The notes beneath the pieces are model-generated. The model was not told the DNA's origin and did not search any database. It saw only the letters and a program-made list of their open reading frames with translations. A DNA stretch of 64,000 nt from Acidobacteriota bacterium. Its GTDB lineage: Bacteria > Acidobacteriota > UBA6911 > RPQK01 > JAJDTT01. A program made the translations under genes and the position numbers. Location of the stretch: assembly GCA_965217775.1 (NCBI GenBank), contig CBDCJH010000002.1:3008001-3072000 (forward strand), given 5' to 3'. Positions 26,917 to 37,513 of the stretch are shown piece after piece (position 1 is the first letter of the stretch; each line of letters opens with the position of its first letter).

Positions 26917-28347
26917 ATGCACGAGGACAAGTTTCACGACGAGTGCGGCATCTTTGGCATCGCCGCTCACCCCGAGGCGGCCCGCCACGCCTATCTGGGA
27001 CTCTACGCCCTCCAGCATCGAGGCCAGGAGTCGGCCGGGATCGTCTCCTCCGACGGAACGCGGCTGCACCAGGAACGAGGAATGGGCTACGTCGCCGAGG
27101 TCTTCAGCGACGAGAAGCTGGAAGGGCTGCCCGGACTTTCGGCCACGGCCCACGTCCGCTACTCCACCATGGGTGAGAACCTGCTGGCCAACGCCCAGCC
27201 CATCGTCACCCAATCCTGGCGCGGACCCGTCGCCCTGGCCCACAACGGGAACATCGTCAACACCGGGTCGCTGAGACGCAGCCTGGAAGCGGCAGGCGCC
27301 ATCTTCCAATCCACCAGCGACACCGAAGTCATCCTCCATCTTCTGGCTCACTGTCCGACTGAGGATCTGGACGACGCCCTGCTGGAGATCCTCCAGGTCG
27401 TCCGGGGCGCCTACTCCATGCTGTTGCAGCGTCCGGATTGCATTTACGCGATCCGGGACCCCATGGGCGTGCGTCCGCTCTGCCTGGGCCAGTTGGAGGA
27501 AGCGTACGTGCTCGCCTCCGAGACCTGCGCCTTCGACCTGATCGGGGCACGCTATCTGCGGGATGTCGAACCGGGCGAGATCTTGCGAATCCAGGATGGT
27601 TCGCTCCATTCCTTTCGGCAACCCGAGGCGTCGCGGCACGCCTTCTGCATCTTCGAGCAAGTCTATTTCAGCCGGCCGGACAGCCGGGTCTTCGGGACCA
27701 GCGTCCACGGAGCCCGCTACCGGATGGGCCGCCGGCTGGCCCGAGAAGCCCCGGCCGATGCGGACCTGGTGGTCCCGGTTCCCGATTCGGGCGTCACGGC
27801 CGCCCTGGGCTACGCCAAGGAGTCCGGCATTCCCTTCCAGTTCGGCCTGATCCGCAACCACTACGTGGGAAGGACTTTCATCGAACCCAAGCAATCCATC
27901 CGGCATTTCGGCGTCAAGGTCAAGCTGAACCCGATCCGGGAATTGCTGTCGGGCAAGAGGGTCGTCCTCTGCGACGACTCGGTGGTTCGGGGAACGACGA
28001 GCCGGAAGATCGTGGAGATGGTCCGCTTGGCAGGCGCCACCGAGGTCCACCTGCGCGTCAGCTCGCCTCCCACCGTCTCCCCTTGCTATTACGGCATCGA
28101 CACGCCGACTCACGCCGAGCTCATCGGCGCCAACAACACCGTCGAAGGGATCCGCAAGCACGTGCGAGCCGACAGTCTCGCCTATCTCTCCCTGGAGGGC
28201 ATGAAGGAATCCGTGTCTGACCGGGGAAACTTCTGTGCAGCCTGCTTCGACGAGAAATATCCCATTCCCCCGACTCGAGATTCGGGCCAGAAACAGTTGT
28301 TCGAACTGGCCAATAGTGGAATGACCCAGAACCCATCGCTGAAATGA
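26917..28347 (+). CDS. purF: Amidophosphoribosyltransferase
   Basis: DECGIFG, LQHRGQESAG, HVRYST, PVPDSG, DDSVVRGTTS. Confidence 0.97.
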   Translation: MHEDKFHDECGIFGIAAHPEAARHAYLGLYALQHRGQESAGIVSSDGTRLHQERGMGYVAEVFSDEKLEGLPGLSATAHVRYSTMGENLLANAQPIVTQSWRGPVALAHNGNIVNTGSLRRSLEAAGAIFQSTSDTEVILHLLAHCPTEDLDDALLEILQVVRGAYSMLLQRPDCIYAIRDPMGVRPLCLGQLEEAYVLASETCAFDLIGARYLRDVEPGEILRIQDGSLHSFRQPEASRHAFCIFEQVYFSRPDSRVFGTSVHGARYRMGRRLAREAPADADLVVPVPDSGVTAALGYAKESGIPFQFGLIRNHYVGRTFIEPKQSIRHFGVKVKLNPIRELLSGKRVVLCDDSVVRGTTSRKIVEMVRLAGATEVHLRVSSPPTVSPCYYGIDTPTHAELIGANNTVEGIRKHVRADSLAYLSLEGMKESVSDRGNFCAACFDEKYPIPPTRDSGQKQLFELANSGMTQNPSLK

Positions 28348-29366
28348 GGTACCGCGACGCCGGGGTGGACGTGGATGCCGCCAACCGGGCCTACGCCGGA
28401 ATTCGGGGTCTGGTCCAATCCACTTTCGACTCCCGGGTCCTGACCGATTTCGGCACCTTCTCGGGTCTCTACCGGCCCGGCTTCGGCGAACTGGAGAGAC
28501 CGATCCTGGTTTCCAGTGCCGACGGAGTGGGCACCAAGCTCAAGATCGCCTTCCTGACGGGTGTGCACGACACAGTGGGGATGGACCTGGTGGCGCACTG
28601 CACCAACGACATCCTGGTTCATGGGGCCCACCCCCTTTTCTTTCTCGACTACATCGCCACGGGCCGGCTCGAACCGAACGTCGTCCGGGAGGTGGTGAAG
28701 GGGTTGGTCGAGGGCTGCCGGGAGGCGGACTGCGTTCTGCTGGGTGGAGAGACCGCCGAGATGCCCGACTTCTACCAGGAGGGAGAATACGATCTCGCCG
28801 GGTTCATCGTGGGGATGACGGACGAATCCAGGGTCCCCAACACGGATCGAGTCCGTAACCGGGACCTCCTGGTGGGACTTCCCTCTTCCGGGATTCACAC
28901 CAACGGCTACTCACTGGTCCGAAAACTCTTCTTCGAGCGGGAGAACATGACGGTGGACAGCTACGTAGGGACCCTCGGAAGAACCCTGGGAGAAGAGCTG
29001 CTGATCCCCCATCGCAACTATCTCCCGTCGCTTCAGGGCCTCTTGAAACAGGACGCTCTCCACGCCGTGGCGCACATCACCGGCGGCGGCATCACGGACA
29101 ATCTGGCTCGAGTGCTCCCTCCGGCCCTGGACGCCCGAGTTCGCCGGGGAAGCTGGGAGAATCTCCCCATCTTTCGCCTGATTCAGGAGCTGGGACCGGT
29201 GGCAGAGGCCGAAATGTACCGGACCTTCAATATGGGTCTGGGGATGATCCTGGTGGTGGACCGGGACGGCCTCGGCACGGTCACGAGGGAGCTGGAACGG
29301 GCCGGGGAAGCGTACGTCCTGGTTGGGGAAATCGGCAAGGGAGAGGGCAAGGTCCAATACGCATGA
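28344..29366 (+). CDS. purM: Phosphoribosylformylglycinamidine cyclo-ligase (AIR synthase)
   Basis: YRDAGVD, DGVGTKL, GGETAEMP, HITGGG, TFNMG. Confidence 0.97.
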   Translation: MRYRDAGVDVDAANRAYAGIRGLVQSTFDSRVLTDFGTFSGLYRPGFGELERPILVSSADGVGTKLKIAFLTGVHDTVGMDLVAHCTNDILVHGAHPLFFLDYIATGRLEPNVVREVVKGLVEGCREADCVLLGGETAEMPDFYQEGEYDLAGFIVGMTDESRVPNTDRVRNRDLLVGLPSSGIHTNGYSLVRKLFFERENMTVDSYVGTLGRTLGEELLIPHRNYLPSLQGLLKQDALHAVAHITGGGITDNLARVLPPALDARVRRGSWENLPIFRLIQELGPVAEAEMYRTFNMGLGMILVVDRDGLGTVTRELERAGEAYVLVGEIGKGEGKVQYA

Positions 29367-29968
29367 ACAACGTCGGTATTCTCATCAGCGGCCGAGGCTC
29401 CAACTTCCGGGCTCTGTCCGACGCCATTGAAGAGGGAAGAATACCGGCCCGGATCTCCCTCGTGCTCTCCAACCGGGCGTCGGCCGCGGGTCTGGAACTG
29501 GCGAGAGAACGCAACTACCCCACCGTTTGCATCCCGTCCAAGGGTCTGGGGCGAGACGCCTACAGCCGCCTGCTGGCCCATGAGTTCAAATCGGCCCGGG
29601 TGGACCTGGTCTGCCTGGCCGGGTTCATGCGTATTCTGGGCCCGGAACTGGTAAAACAGTTTCCGCTTCGAATTCTCAACATCCATCCTTCGCTCCTCCC
29701 GGCCTTCACGGGACTGCACGCTCAGCGCCAGGCGTTGGAGTGGGGCGCCAAGGTGACCGGCTGCACCGTTCATTTCGTGGACGAGGAGCTGGACCATGGC
29801 GCCATCATCCTCCAACACCCGGTTCCGCTCGAAGACGGCGATACCGAGGAGAGCCTCTCCTCTCGAATCCTGGTGCACGAGCACCAGATCTACCCCGAGG
29901 CTCTGAAGCTGGTCTGCCAGAACCGGGTCCGAGTCGAGGGTCGAAGAGTCCGAATCATGCCCGAGTAG
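29363..29968 (+). CDS. purN: Phosphoribosylglycinamide formyltransferase
   Basis: ISGRGSN, LAGFMRIL, NIHPSLLP, GCTVHFVDEELDHG. Confidence 0.97.
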   Translation: MNNVGILISGRGSNFRALSDAIEEGRIPARISLVLSNRASAAGLELARERNYPTVCIPSKGLGRDAYSRLLAHEFKSARVDLVCLAGFMRILGPELVKQFPLRILNIHPSLLPAFTGLHAQRQALEWGAKVTGCTVHFVDEELDHGAIILQHPVPLEDGDTEESLSSRILVHEHQIYPEALKLVCQNRVRVEGRRVRIMPE

Positions 29969-29994
29969 CGAAGTCGCATCCGGAGGTAGCCACC

Positions 29995-31080
29995 GTGAGA
30001 CTCGATGACTTGGAAACCCCCGCAATGATCATCGACGTGGACGTCATGGAGGACAATCTCCGGAGGATGGCGGCTTACGCCGAGCGGCACGACCTGGCTC
30101 TACGGCCTCACATCAAGACCCACAAGATGCCTCGTTTGGCCCGGCAGCAGTTGGAGATGGGAGCCTGCGGCATCACGGTCGCCAAGCTGGGCGAGGCCGA
30201 AGTCATGAGCGAAGCCGGGTTGGACAACCTGATGCTCGCCTATCCTCCCATCGGCCAGAGCAAGGCCCGGCGTCTCCGGGCAGTGCTGGAGCGCGCTCGA
30301 GTTTCGGTCAGCCTCGACTCGGAAGAGGCCGTCGCCACGACCGGCCGCGCCGCCGACGGCGCCCGGATCCCCGTCTACGTAGAGATCGATCTGGGGGCCC
30401 GCCGCTGCGGCGTGGCGCCCGGTCCGGAGGCGGTCCGTCTCGCCCGTCTCATCGAAGCCACTCCCGGCCTCGACTTCGAAGGGCTCATGTTCTATCCGGG
30501 CCATGTCCACCCCGACTTCGACGGCAATCACCATACCCTCGAGAAGCTGGTCAAAGACCTGGAGCGGCTATTGGAGCTCTTCGCGGCCGAGAAGTTCCCT
30601 GTCCCCCGGATCTCGGGCGGGAGCACTCCGTCCGCGCCCTACTGCCACCTGATCCCGGGCCTGGACGAGATGCGTCCGGGGACCTATATCTTCAACGACC
30701 GCAACACCTTGGAATGGAAGACCTGCACCGAAGAGCAATGCGCAGCCTCGTTGCTGGTCACCGTCGTCAGCAACGCCGTTTCCGGGCGCGTCATCGTCGA
30801 CGGCGGTTCCAAGACCTTCACCAGCGACCCTCTGGGTCCGGGCACGCGCAAAGGACATGGGCTGGTCAGGGGTTACCCGGAGATGACCCTTTTCTTCATG
30901 AATGAGGAACACGGATTTCTGGAGCTGCCGCCGGACGTGCACCTGGAGGTAGGACAACGGCTCCGGATCATACCCAACCACATCTGTGGCGCCGTCAATC
31001 TCCACGACGTGGTCTTCACCTACCGGGGCGGGGAGGTCCTGGAGGAGTGGACCGTGGAGGCCCGAGGCCGGATCAGGTGA
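29995..31080 (+). CDS. Fold-type III PLP enzyme, D-threonine aldolase/D-serine dehydratase (DSD1) family
   Basis: LETPA, LRPHIKTHK, SGGSTP, EMRPGTYIF, EEHG, IPNHIC; GGAGG RBS before GTG 29995. Confidence 0.88.
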   Translation: MRLDDLETPAMIIDVDVMEDNLRRMAAYAERHDLALRPHIKTHKMPRLARQQLEMGACGITVAKLGEAEVMSEAGLDNLMLAYPPIGQSKARRLRAVLERARVSVSLDSEEAVATTGRAADGARIPVYVEIDLGARRCGVAPGPEAVRLARLIEATPGLDFEGLMFYPGHVHPDFDGNHHTLEKLVKDLERLLELFAAEKFPVPRISGGSTPSAPYCHLIPGLDEMRPGTYIFNDRNTLEWKTCTEEQCAASLLVTVVSNAVSGRVIVDGGSKTFTSDPLGPGTRKGHGLVRGYPEMTLFFMNEEHGFLELPPDVHLEVGQRLRIIPNHICGAVNLHDVVFTYRGGEVLEEWTVEARGRIR

Positions 31081-31493
31081 CCCGGCCGCCCCAAGCGGCG
31101 CCCCGCCGCGTGGACGTGGCGGTTGCCATTCTTTTGTCCCAGGGTCGAGTCTGGATCCAACCGCGCCGGACCCGGGACAGTCTCATGGGCTGCTGGGAAT
31201 TCCCGGGCGGGAAGCTGAAACCGGGGGAAGCGGCTCGGGACGGACTGAGGCGGGAAGTCCGCGAGGAATTGGGCCTGGACCTGTCCGGAACACACCTGGA
31301 ATTGTGCGGGAAAGCCCACCATAGCTACCCGGAGCAGACGGTGGATATCCGGTTCTTTCTCTGCCGGCTGCCATCGACGCCGTCACTGAGCCGGGGTCGT
31401 TGGGTCGATTTGGCCCGCCTTTCTACTTTCCGGTTCCCCCCGGCCAACGCTTCAATCGTCCGAAGACTTGGGGAAATGACGAAAAACACGTAG
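31077..31493 (+). CDS. mutT: MutT-like NUDIX hydrolase
   Basis: WEFPGGKLKPGE...RREVREELG Nudix box, FPPAN. Confidence 0.85.
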   Translation: MTRPPQAAPRRVDVAVAILLSQGRVWIQPRRTRDSLMGCWEFPGGKLKPGEAARDGLRREVREELGLDLSGTHLELCGKAHHSYPEQTVDIRFFLCRLPSTPSLSRGRWVDLARLSTFRFPPANASIVRRLGEMTKNT

Positions 31494-31640
31494 GGGCGCC
31501 CGGATGTCCTGGGATCGGCGGGGCAGGGCGTTAGAAATGAAGAGAAAAACGTAGGGGCGCCCCTTGTGGGCGCCCTCTTCGGTCCAGTGCGGAGCAAGAC
31601 GAAGACGTAAGAGTGGGCGACAAGAAAGTCGCCCCTCCTA
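31473..31640. repeat. REP cluster between convergent mutT and ftsZ: degenerate GTAG REP (31490), intact GTAG REP (31551-31577), GGAG-type REP (31612-31638, minus strand)
   Basis: GAAATGA..AAAA..CGTAGGGGCGCCC occurs twice; GTAGGGGCGCCCCTTGTGGGCGCCCTC; GGGCGACAAGAAAGTCGCCC hairpin. Confidence 0.75.
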
Positions 31641-32795
31641 GTGTCTTCGTCCCTGACGAAGAATGGCGGGCACTTCCACTTCCCGGCTCATGACCGGGAT
31701 CGGGGGAACGGCGATGGGCTTGCCGTTGGGCCGTTCCGATGAGGAGGACTCTCCGCGACTGGCTCCGGCGGCGTTGGCGGCCTGGCCTTTTCGGTCGCCT
31801 TTCGAGTCGCTGAAACCGGTGGCGATCACAGTGATCTTGATTCGGTCTCCCATGTTCTGGTCCAGCACCGAACCGAAGATGATGTTGGCGTTGGGATCGG
31901 CCGCATTCTGGATCAGGCCGCTGGCTTCGTTGACTTCGTGCAGAGTGAGACTTTCACCGGCCGTGATGTTGATGAGAACGCCCCGGGCGCCCTGGATGGT
32001 CGCGTTGTCGAGCAAGGGACTGCTCACTGCAGTGTTGGCCGCCGTCATGGCGCGGCCTTCCCCTTCTCCCACGCCGGTTCCCATCAGAGCCAGTCCGGTG
32101 GCGCTCATGATGGTCTTGATATCGGCGAAGTCCAAGTTGATGAACCCGGGCACGTTGATGAGGTCGGCGATTCCCTGAACCGCCTGGCAGAGGATGTCGT
32201 CGGCAAAAGCGAAGGCGTCGGCCAGCGGCGTGCCGGGAGCCAGGGCATCCAACAGCCGCTCGTTGGGCACCGTGACCACCGTGTCCGCGTTCTCCTTCAG
32301 CTCCTCCAGACCCCGTTGTGCCTGCTGCGTTCTCCGCCGGCCCTCGAAAACGAAGGGGGTCGTCACCACGGCGACGGTGAGAGCTCCCAATTGACGAGCC
32401 AAGTCCGCAATCAGGGGAGCTCCGCCGGTTCCGGTGCCGCCGCCGAGCCCTGCGGTCACGAAGACCATGTCCGAGCCCTCCAGCAGATCCATGATTCGCT
32501 CGGTATCCTCCAAGGCGGCCTGTCGTCCTATTTCAGGGTTGGAGCCGGCTCCGAGCCCCTTCGTGATCTTGTTGCCGAGTTGGATCCTGACCCCTGCTTT
32601 CGACTGCCTGAGTGCCTGAAGGTCCGTGTTGGCGGCGATGAAGTCGACATCTTGGACCCCCATCCGGACCATGCGATTGACGGCGTTTCCGCCCCCACCG
32701 CCGACACCGATGACCTTGATACGGGCCTCACTCCCCAAGTCGTCTTCAAAGACCCACTTCAAGCTGCCGTTATCGTCCAATCCCGGATGGTCCAT
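31638..32795 (-). CDS. ftsZ: Cell division protein FtsZ
   Basis: [29 protein letters not shown]-terminal EVPAILR. Confidence 0.98.
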   Translation of the reverse strand: MDHPGLDDNGSLKWVFEDDLGSEARIKVIGVGGGGGNAVNRMVRMGVQDVDFIAANTDLQALRQSKAGVRIQLGNKITKGLGAGSNPEIGRQAALEDTERIMDLLEGSDMVFVTAGLGGGTGTGGAPLIADLARQLGALTVAVVTTPFVFEGRRRTQQAQRGLEELKENADTVVTVPNERLLDALAPGTPLADAFAFADDILCQAVQGIADLINVPGFINLDFADIKTIMSATGLALMGTGVGEGEGRAMTAANTAVSSPLLDNATIQGARGVLINITAGESLTLHEVNEASGLIQNAADPNANIIFGSVLDQNMGDRIKITVIATGFSDSKGDRKGQAANAAGASRGESSSSERPNGKPIAVPPIPVMSREVEVPAILRQGRRH

Positions 32796-32857
32796 GGTTT
32801 GCCTCCCAGCCGAATCTTCACACCAACGACCTACAGGCTCGTGGCGACCTTCAACTG

Positions 32858-34096
32858 CTACGTGATCTTGCGCAAGAACCAATTCATCAGGCCACCCCGC
32901 CTGCCTCTGCCGGGTTCCGGCAACATCGTCCCGGCACCATTGCCGGATCCTATGCCTTGCATTTCCAATGCGTATCTAACTAGACCCAGAGCGGTTGCGT
33001 GGGAAGGATCGAAGGCCAGTTCCTTATCCGATTCCATGGGCATGGGGTAGCCCACGCGAGCCGGCATCTCCAGAATCTCCTCAGCCTGTTCCGCCAGCCC
33101 ATCCAACAGCGCTCCCCCGCCGGTGAGCACCACGCCGGTCAGCATTTCCCTGCGCATGTGGATCTCATCCACCAGCTTCCGCACCTCCAGCAGAATCTCC
33201 TGGCAGCGAGCCTGAATTACTCGGCACAGATCCCGGTAGAGGAGAGTCCGGGGGCGACCGGTCCCGATCTCGCGGATCTCAAGCACGGCTTCCGGATCCA
33301 CCCGCTCGGGGAAGACCGTTCCTTGATCCTTCTTGAGCCGTTCCGCCTCTTCCAGAGTCACCTTGAGCCCGATGGCGATGTCCTTGGTAACCAGGTTTCC
33401 GCCGATCGGCAGGACCGCCGACCCCCAGATGCTCCCCAGCCGGTAGAATGCGAAGTCGGTCGTTCCTCCGCCAATATCCAAGAGGATGACGCCGAGTTCC
33501 TTTTCGTCTTCGGTCAGCACGGCCTCGGCGGATGCCAACTGTTGCATCACCACGCCGTTCACACCCACGCCGACCTTGTTGACGGCGTTGACGACGTTCT
33601 GAAGTGCGGCAGCAGCGTTGAGCACCAAGTGCAGATTGACGGAGAGACGGCGGCCGACCAGACCGAGTGGATCCTTGGTGTGTCCCTGGCCATCCACGGT
33701 AAAGCCCTGGGTCAGCATGTGAATGATCTCGTAATCCCGGGGGAGTTGAAACGACTTGGCATCGGCCAGCGCCCGACTGATGTCCTCCTTTTCGATCTCG
33801 CCGGTCTTGCTCCTGATCTCGGTCTTGCCGGACCGGTTGAGGCCCTGGACATGGACGCCGCCCACGCTCACGAAAACCGAATCGACTCCAACCTGAGCGT
33901 CCCGCTCCGCCTGGTCGAGCGATCTCTTCACGCTCTCGATGGTCTCCGTCAGATTGACGACGACGCCCTTCTTGAGTCCGGTCGATGGGCTGACGCCCAC
34001 ACCGGAGACCCGGAAACGCTCTTGCTCCACTCGCGCGATGACGGAACAGATCTTGGTGGTCCCGACATCGACGCCAACCAGCGTTCTCTTCCTCAT
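32858..34096 (-). CDS. ftsA: Cell division protein FtsA
   Basis: [24 protein letters not shown]. Confidence 0.96.
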   Translation of the reverse strand: MRKRTLVGVDVGTTKICSVIARVEQERFRVSGVGVSPSTGLKKGVVVNLTETIESVKRSLDQAERDAQVGVDSVFVSVGGVHVQGLNRSGKTEIRSKTGEIEKEDISRALADAKSFQLPRDYEIIHMLTQGFTVDGQGHTKDPLGLVGRRLSVNLHLVLNAAAALQNVVNAVNKVGVGVNGVVMQQLASAEAVLTEDEKELGVILLDIGGGTTDFAFYRLGSIWGSAVLPIGGNLVTKDIAIGLKVTLEEAERLKKDQGTVFPERVDPEAVLEIREIGTGRPRTLLYRDLCRVIQARCQEILLEVRKLVDEIHMRREMLTGVVLTGGGALLDGLAEQAEEILEMPARVGYPMPMESDKELAFDPSHATALGLVRYALEMQGIGSGNGAGTMLPEPGRGRRGGLMNWFLRKIT

Positions 34097-34159
34097 CGAT
34101 ATGCTTCCGTCCGCACCCTGATGGTGAGTTTCCGGCTCAAGCCGGTTCGGAATCCGTGA

Positions 34160-34972
34160 TCAGGTGCTCCTTTCACGAGACTCGCCCGGAGTATGGAATA
34201 TGATCTTGTTGTCGAAGGAGACGTCGATATATTCGATGCGGCCATACTCCTTCTTCAGTTGCTGGTAAATGTCCTTCTGGGCCAGAAAGTTCTCATACCG
34301 CTCCCGGAAACGGCCGCTTCCCAGGTAGATGGGGACCGGATCGTCCTCCCTGACGATGGCGACCCGATCCGGGTCCGCCAGCAAAACCTCTGATATGGAG
34401 CCGGTATAGTCCCCTTGGGAAGATCTCAGATCGGACATCAATCTGGAATAGATTCCCATCTTCTCGAGATTCTCCCGGGTAGCGGAAGGGTTCTCCCGGG
34501 CGATGTTCCCAAGGCCCTTCAGAATCGGCCCATCCAATTGCACGTGGCTGGATCCGTAGCGATCCAACACGACTCCCTCTTCGTCGACGATGAAGAGATC
34601 CTGGTCGATAGCGGCAACGGCCACCGGAACCCGCTCCCGGACCCGGACGATGAGCTGTCCGGGCAACTGGCGGCGCACGGTCGCGGTCCTCACCCAGGAC
34701 TCGGATTCCACCAGATCCTTGAGCTGTTCCAAGTCGACCCGCAGGATGTTTCCCGAATAGGTTTCGAGCATGAACGACTTCAGTTTCTGCCAGGAAAGAT
34801 GCCGGGTCCCCTCGAAGCGAATATCCCGAATGCCGAAAAGCGTCGCTTCCCGGGAAGAGTAAGCCGCATGTCGAAGCAACATCAGGAGCCCCAGGATCAT
34901 GAGACCCGTCCCCAGCAGACGTCCGCCAAAGACCAGCAAGCTACCCAGCTTTCGAGAGCGTTGGACTGGCAT
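34160..34972 (-). CDS. ftsQ: Cell division protein FtsQ (POTRA domain)
   Basis: TM helix, WVRTATVRRQLP, VRERVPVA; position in the dcw cluster. Confidence 0.88.
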   Translation of the reverse strand: MPVQRSRKLGSLLVFGGRLLGTGLMILGLLMLLRHAAYSSREATLFGIRDIRFEGTRHLSWQKLKSFMLETYSGNILRVDLEQLKDLVESESWVRTATVRRQLPGQLIVRVRERVPVAVAAIDQDLFIVDEEGVVLDRYGSSHVQLDGPILKGLGNIARENPSATRENLEKMGIYSRLMSDLRSSQGDYTGSISEVLLADPDRVAIVREDDPVPIYLGSGRFRERYENFLAQKDIYQQLKKEYGRIEYIDVSFDNKIIFHTPGESRERST

Positions 34973-34992
34973 CTTCTACGCTTCCGGCGCCT

Positions 34993-36363
34993 TCAATCGG
35001 CCCGGCCCTTCAGAAAATCCTCCCCGATCCTCCAGACGTTGCCTGCACCCAGCGTCAGGAGCAGGTCTCCCGGCATCACCTCTTCCCGCAGGGACCGCAA
35101 CATGGCGTCGGGTTGCGGCTGGTAGCAGACCTGGCGGTGCCGGCCCACCGCCCGGAAGAGATCCTCCCCGAGCCCACCGGCGACAGGCGCCTCCCCTGCC
35201 GGATAGACATCCATCAGGTAAAGGAGATCCGCGTCTTGGAAGCACTCGGCCAACTCCGACCTCAAATGCAGGGTTCGCGTGTACCGATGCGGCTGAAACA
35301 CCACGACCAATCTCCGTCTCATCCGGCGGCACGCGTCCAACGTGGTTCGGATCTCAACCGGATGATGACCGTAATCGTCCATCACCCGGACCCCCTCGCG
35401 CATGCCCTTGAACTCCAGACGCCGTTCCGCGCCGGAAAAGGTCCCCAGAGCCCGCCGGATCACTTCAAAGGGCACCTGCAACTCAAGTCCCACAGCGACT
35501 GCGGCCAAAGAATTCAACACGTTATGCCGTCCCGGCACGTTCAGCCGGAGCCTACCCAGCCGGTCGCCCCGGTAGACGCACCCAAAGGAAGAACCTCCGG
35601 ACATCCACTCCACCGCCTCGGCCCTCACCTCGGCGGCAGGTGTCGTGCCGTACGTTATCATGGGCCGGTGAACCTTTTTCAGGAGCCGCCGGAGGTTGAA
35701 ATCGTCGGTACAAACGACCGCACGCCCGGCCGCGGGAAGCTGGTTCATGAAGGCGACGAAGGCGTCGCCGATCTCCTCGAGTCCGCCGTAGTAGTCCAGA
35801 TGATCCCGGTCCACATTGGTCACCACTGCGTACCGGGGACGGAGCTTCAGAAAGCTTCCGTCGCTTTCGTCCGCCTCCGCTACGACCCAGGGCCCCTTGC
35901 CGAGACGCGCGTTGCCGCCCAGGTCCACGGCCCGGGCTCCCACCAGGATCGTAGGGTCCAGGCCGGCTTCGAGGAGGAGCACACCGATCATGGAGGTCGT
36001 GGTCGTCTTTCCATGGGTTCCGGAGATGGCGATCCCCTCACCGCCGGCCACGATCTCGGCCAGCAGATCGGCTCGGTGCACCACCCTGATTCCCCGTCTC
36101 CGAGCCTCTTGAAGTTCGGGATTCTCCCTGGCGACGGCACTGGAAAAGGCCACGATCTCGGCAGCTCCCAGATTGTCCGGGCTGTGTCCGATCGAGACCC
36201 GGACCCCGAGCGAACGGAGACTGGACACGACGGTGCTGCATACCAGATCGGAACCTGAGACCTCCCAACCCCTCTGGGCCAGAATCTGGGCGATTCCGCT
36301 CATCCCGACTCCGCCGATGCCGACGAAGTGGACTCTCCGGAACTGATCAAGACCTCGAGTCAC
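34993..36363 (-). CDS. murC: UDP-N-acetylmuramate--L-alanine ligase
   Basis: HFVGIGGVGMSG, GTHGKTTT, EADESDGSF, DDYGHHP. Confidence 0.97.
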   Translation of the reverse strand: MTRGLDQFRRVHFVGIGGVGMSGIAQILAQRGWEVSGSDLVCSTVVSSLRSLGVRVSIGHSPDNLGAAEIVAFSSAVARENPELQEARRRGIRVVHRADLLAEIVAGGEGIAISGTHGKTTTTSMIGVLLLEAGLDPTILVGARAVDLGGNARLGKGPWVVAEADESDGSFLKLRPRYAVVTNVDRDHLDYYGGLEEIGDAFVAFMNQLPAAGRAVVCTDDFNLRRLLKKVHRPMITYGTTPAAEVRAEAVEWMSGGSSFGCVYRGDRLGRLRLNVPGRHNVLNSLAAVAVGLELQVPFEVIRRALGTFSGAERRLEFKGMREGVRVMDDYGHHPVEIRTTLDACRRMRRRLVVVFQPHRYTRTLHLRSELAECFQDADLLYLMDVYPAGEAPVAGGLGEDLFRAVGRHRQVCYQPQPDAMLRSLREEVMPGDLLLTLGAGNVWRIGEDFLKGRAD

Positions 36364-37513
36364 GCCGCTTGCCTCTTACTCCTGAGTTTCTCTGCCGTTG
36401 TCGGGACGGAAGAGGGCACCCACAGGGGGTGCCCCTACGGTGTTCATTAACCAATTCCGTGAGTACCTGGATGATCCGGTCGCAACTCCGGGGATCGCCC
36501 AGAGACCTGCTGGCTTCGGCCAGAGCGCCGAGTTGAAGCCGGTCACGGTCCAAATCCCGAATCATTCGAGCCAGATCCGGACCGGCGCGCTCTCCTTCTT
36601 CCAGAATCAGGGCGGCGCCCCGGCGGACCAAGGCTTGGGCGTTGGTCCTCTGGTGGTCATCGGCCGCATAGGGATAGGGAATCAGGATCGACGCCTTTCC
36701 CGCGGCCGAAACTTCGGCCAGAGTCAAAGCTCCGGCCCGGCAGATCACCAGATCGGCCCAGTGCAACCGGTCCGGCATATCGTGGATGTACTCCAGGACC
36801 GCGCCGAAAAAGCCCAACTTCCGGTAACGCTCCTTTACCCGATCACGGTCGCGGGGCCCCGTCTGATGAATCAGCCGGATGCGTTCGGGCGAGAGCTCTT
36901 CCAGCGCCTCGCAAACCAGGCGGTTGATGGCGACACTGCCCTGACTGCCTCCGAAGATCAGCACCCTGAGGGGCCCCCTCGCGTTCGGGGGCTTCCGGTC
37001 CCGATGAAATTGAGGGCGAACCGGAATTCCGGTCAGCCGGGCCTTCCGGCCAAAGCGTCCGGCCGTCTCTTCGAACGCCACCGCTACTCTGTCCACCCAC
37101 GGAGCCAACAGCCGGTTGGCGAGACCCGGGTGGACGTTGGGCTCGATCACGAGACATGGTATTCGCATCCACGACGCCACCAGGACGACCGGACCGGAGG
37201 AATAGCCGCCCAGCCCCACCACGGCCGCGGGCCGAAATCGGCGGATGATTCCCAGGGCCCGGAGCAGCGCCGCCGGAAGCTGAAGCAGGGTTTGGAACGC
37301 CTTCAGAAAACCGGTGCGTTTGAGTCCTCCCAGGGAAATCCTCTCCACCGCGACACCCAGATCGGGCAGAATTCGATTCTCAAGTCCCCGGCGGGTTCCC
37401 ACAAAGAGAATCTCCGGACTCGATCCCGACTCCCGCAGGCGTTGGATGACCGCCACCGCCATATAGACGTGACCCCCGGTCCCTCCTCCGGCAAAAAGCA
37501 ACCCTCGCTCCAT
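36347..37513 (-). CDS. murG: Lipid II GlcNAc transferase MurG with a REP-derived C-terminal extension
   Basis: AGGGTGGH, GGYSSGP, FGGSQG, CRAGALT, DDHQ. Confidence 0.96.
   Translation of the reverse strand: MERGLLFAGGGTGGHVYMAVAVIQRLRESGSSPEILFVGTRRGLENRILPDLGVAVERISLGGLKRTGFLKAFQTLLQLPAALLRALGIIRRFRPAAVVGLGGYSSGPVVLVASWMRIPCLVIEPNVHPGLANRLLAPWVDRVAVAFEETAGRFGRKARLTGIPVRPQFHRDRKPPNARGPLRVLIFGGSQGSVAINRLVCEALEELSPERIRLIHQTGPRDRDRVKERYRKLGFFGAVLEYIHDMPDRLHWADLVICRAGALTLAEVSAAGKASILIPYPYAADDHQRTNAQALVRRGAALILEEGERAGPDLARMIRDLDRDRLQLGALAEASRSLGDPRSCDRIIQVLTELVNEHRRGTPCGCPLPSRQRQRNSGVRGKRRDSRS
36412..36438 (-). repeat. GTAG-type REP inside the murG 3' coding region
   Basis: Minus strand GTAGGGGCACCCCCTGTGGGTGCCCTC. 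Confidence 0.8.

Noticed and set aside
34160-36363. Absence of murB and ddl between murC and ftsQ as a novelty
   Set aside because: These genes are often located elsewhere; the window cannot show they are lost.
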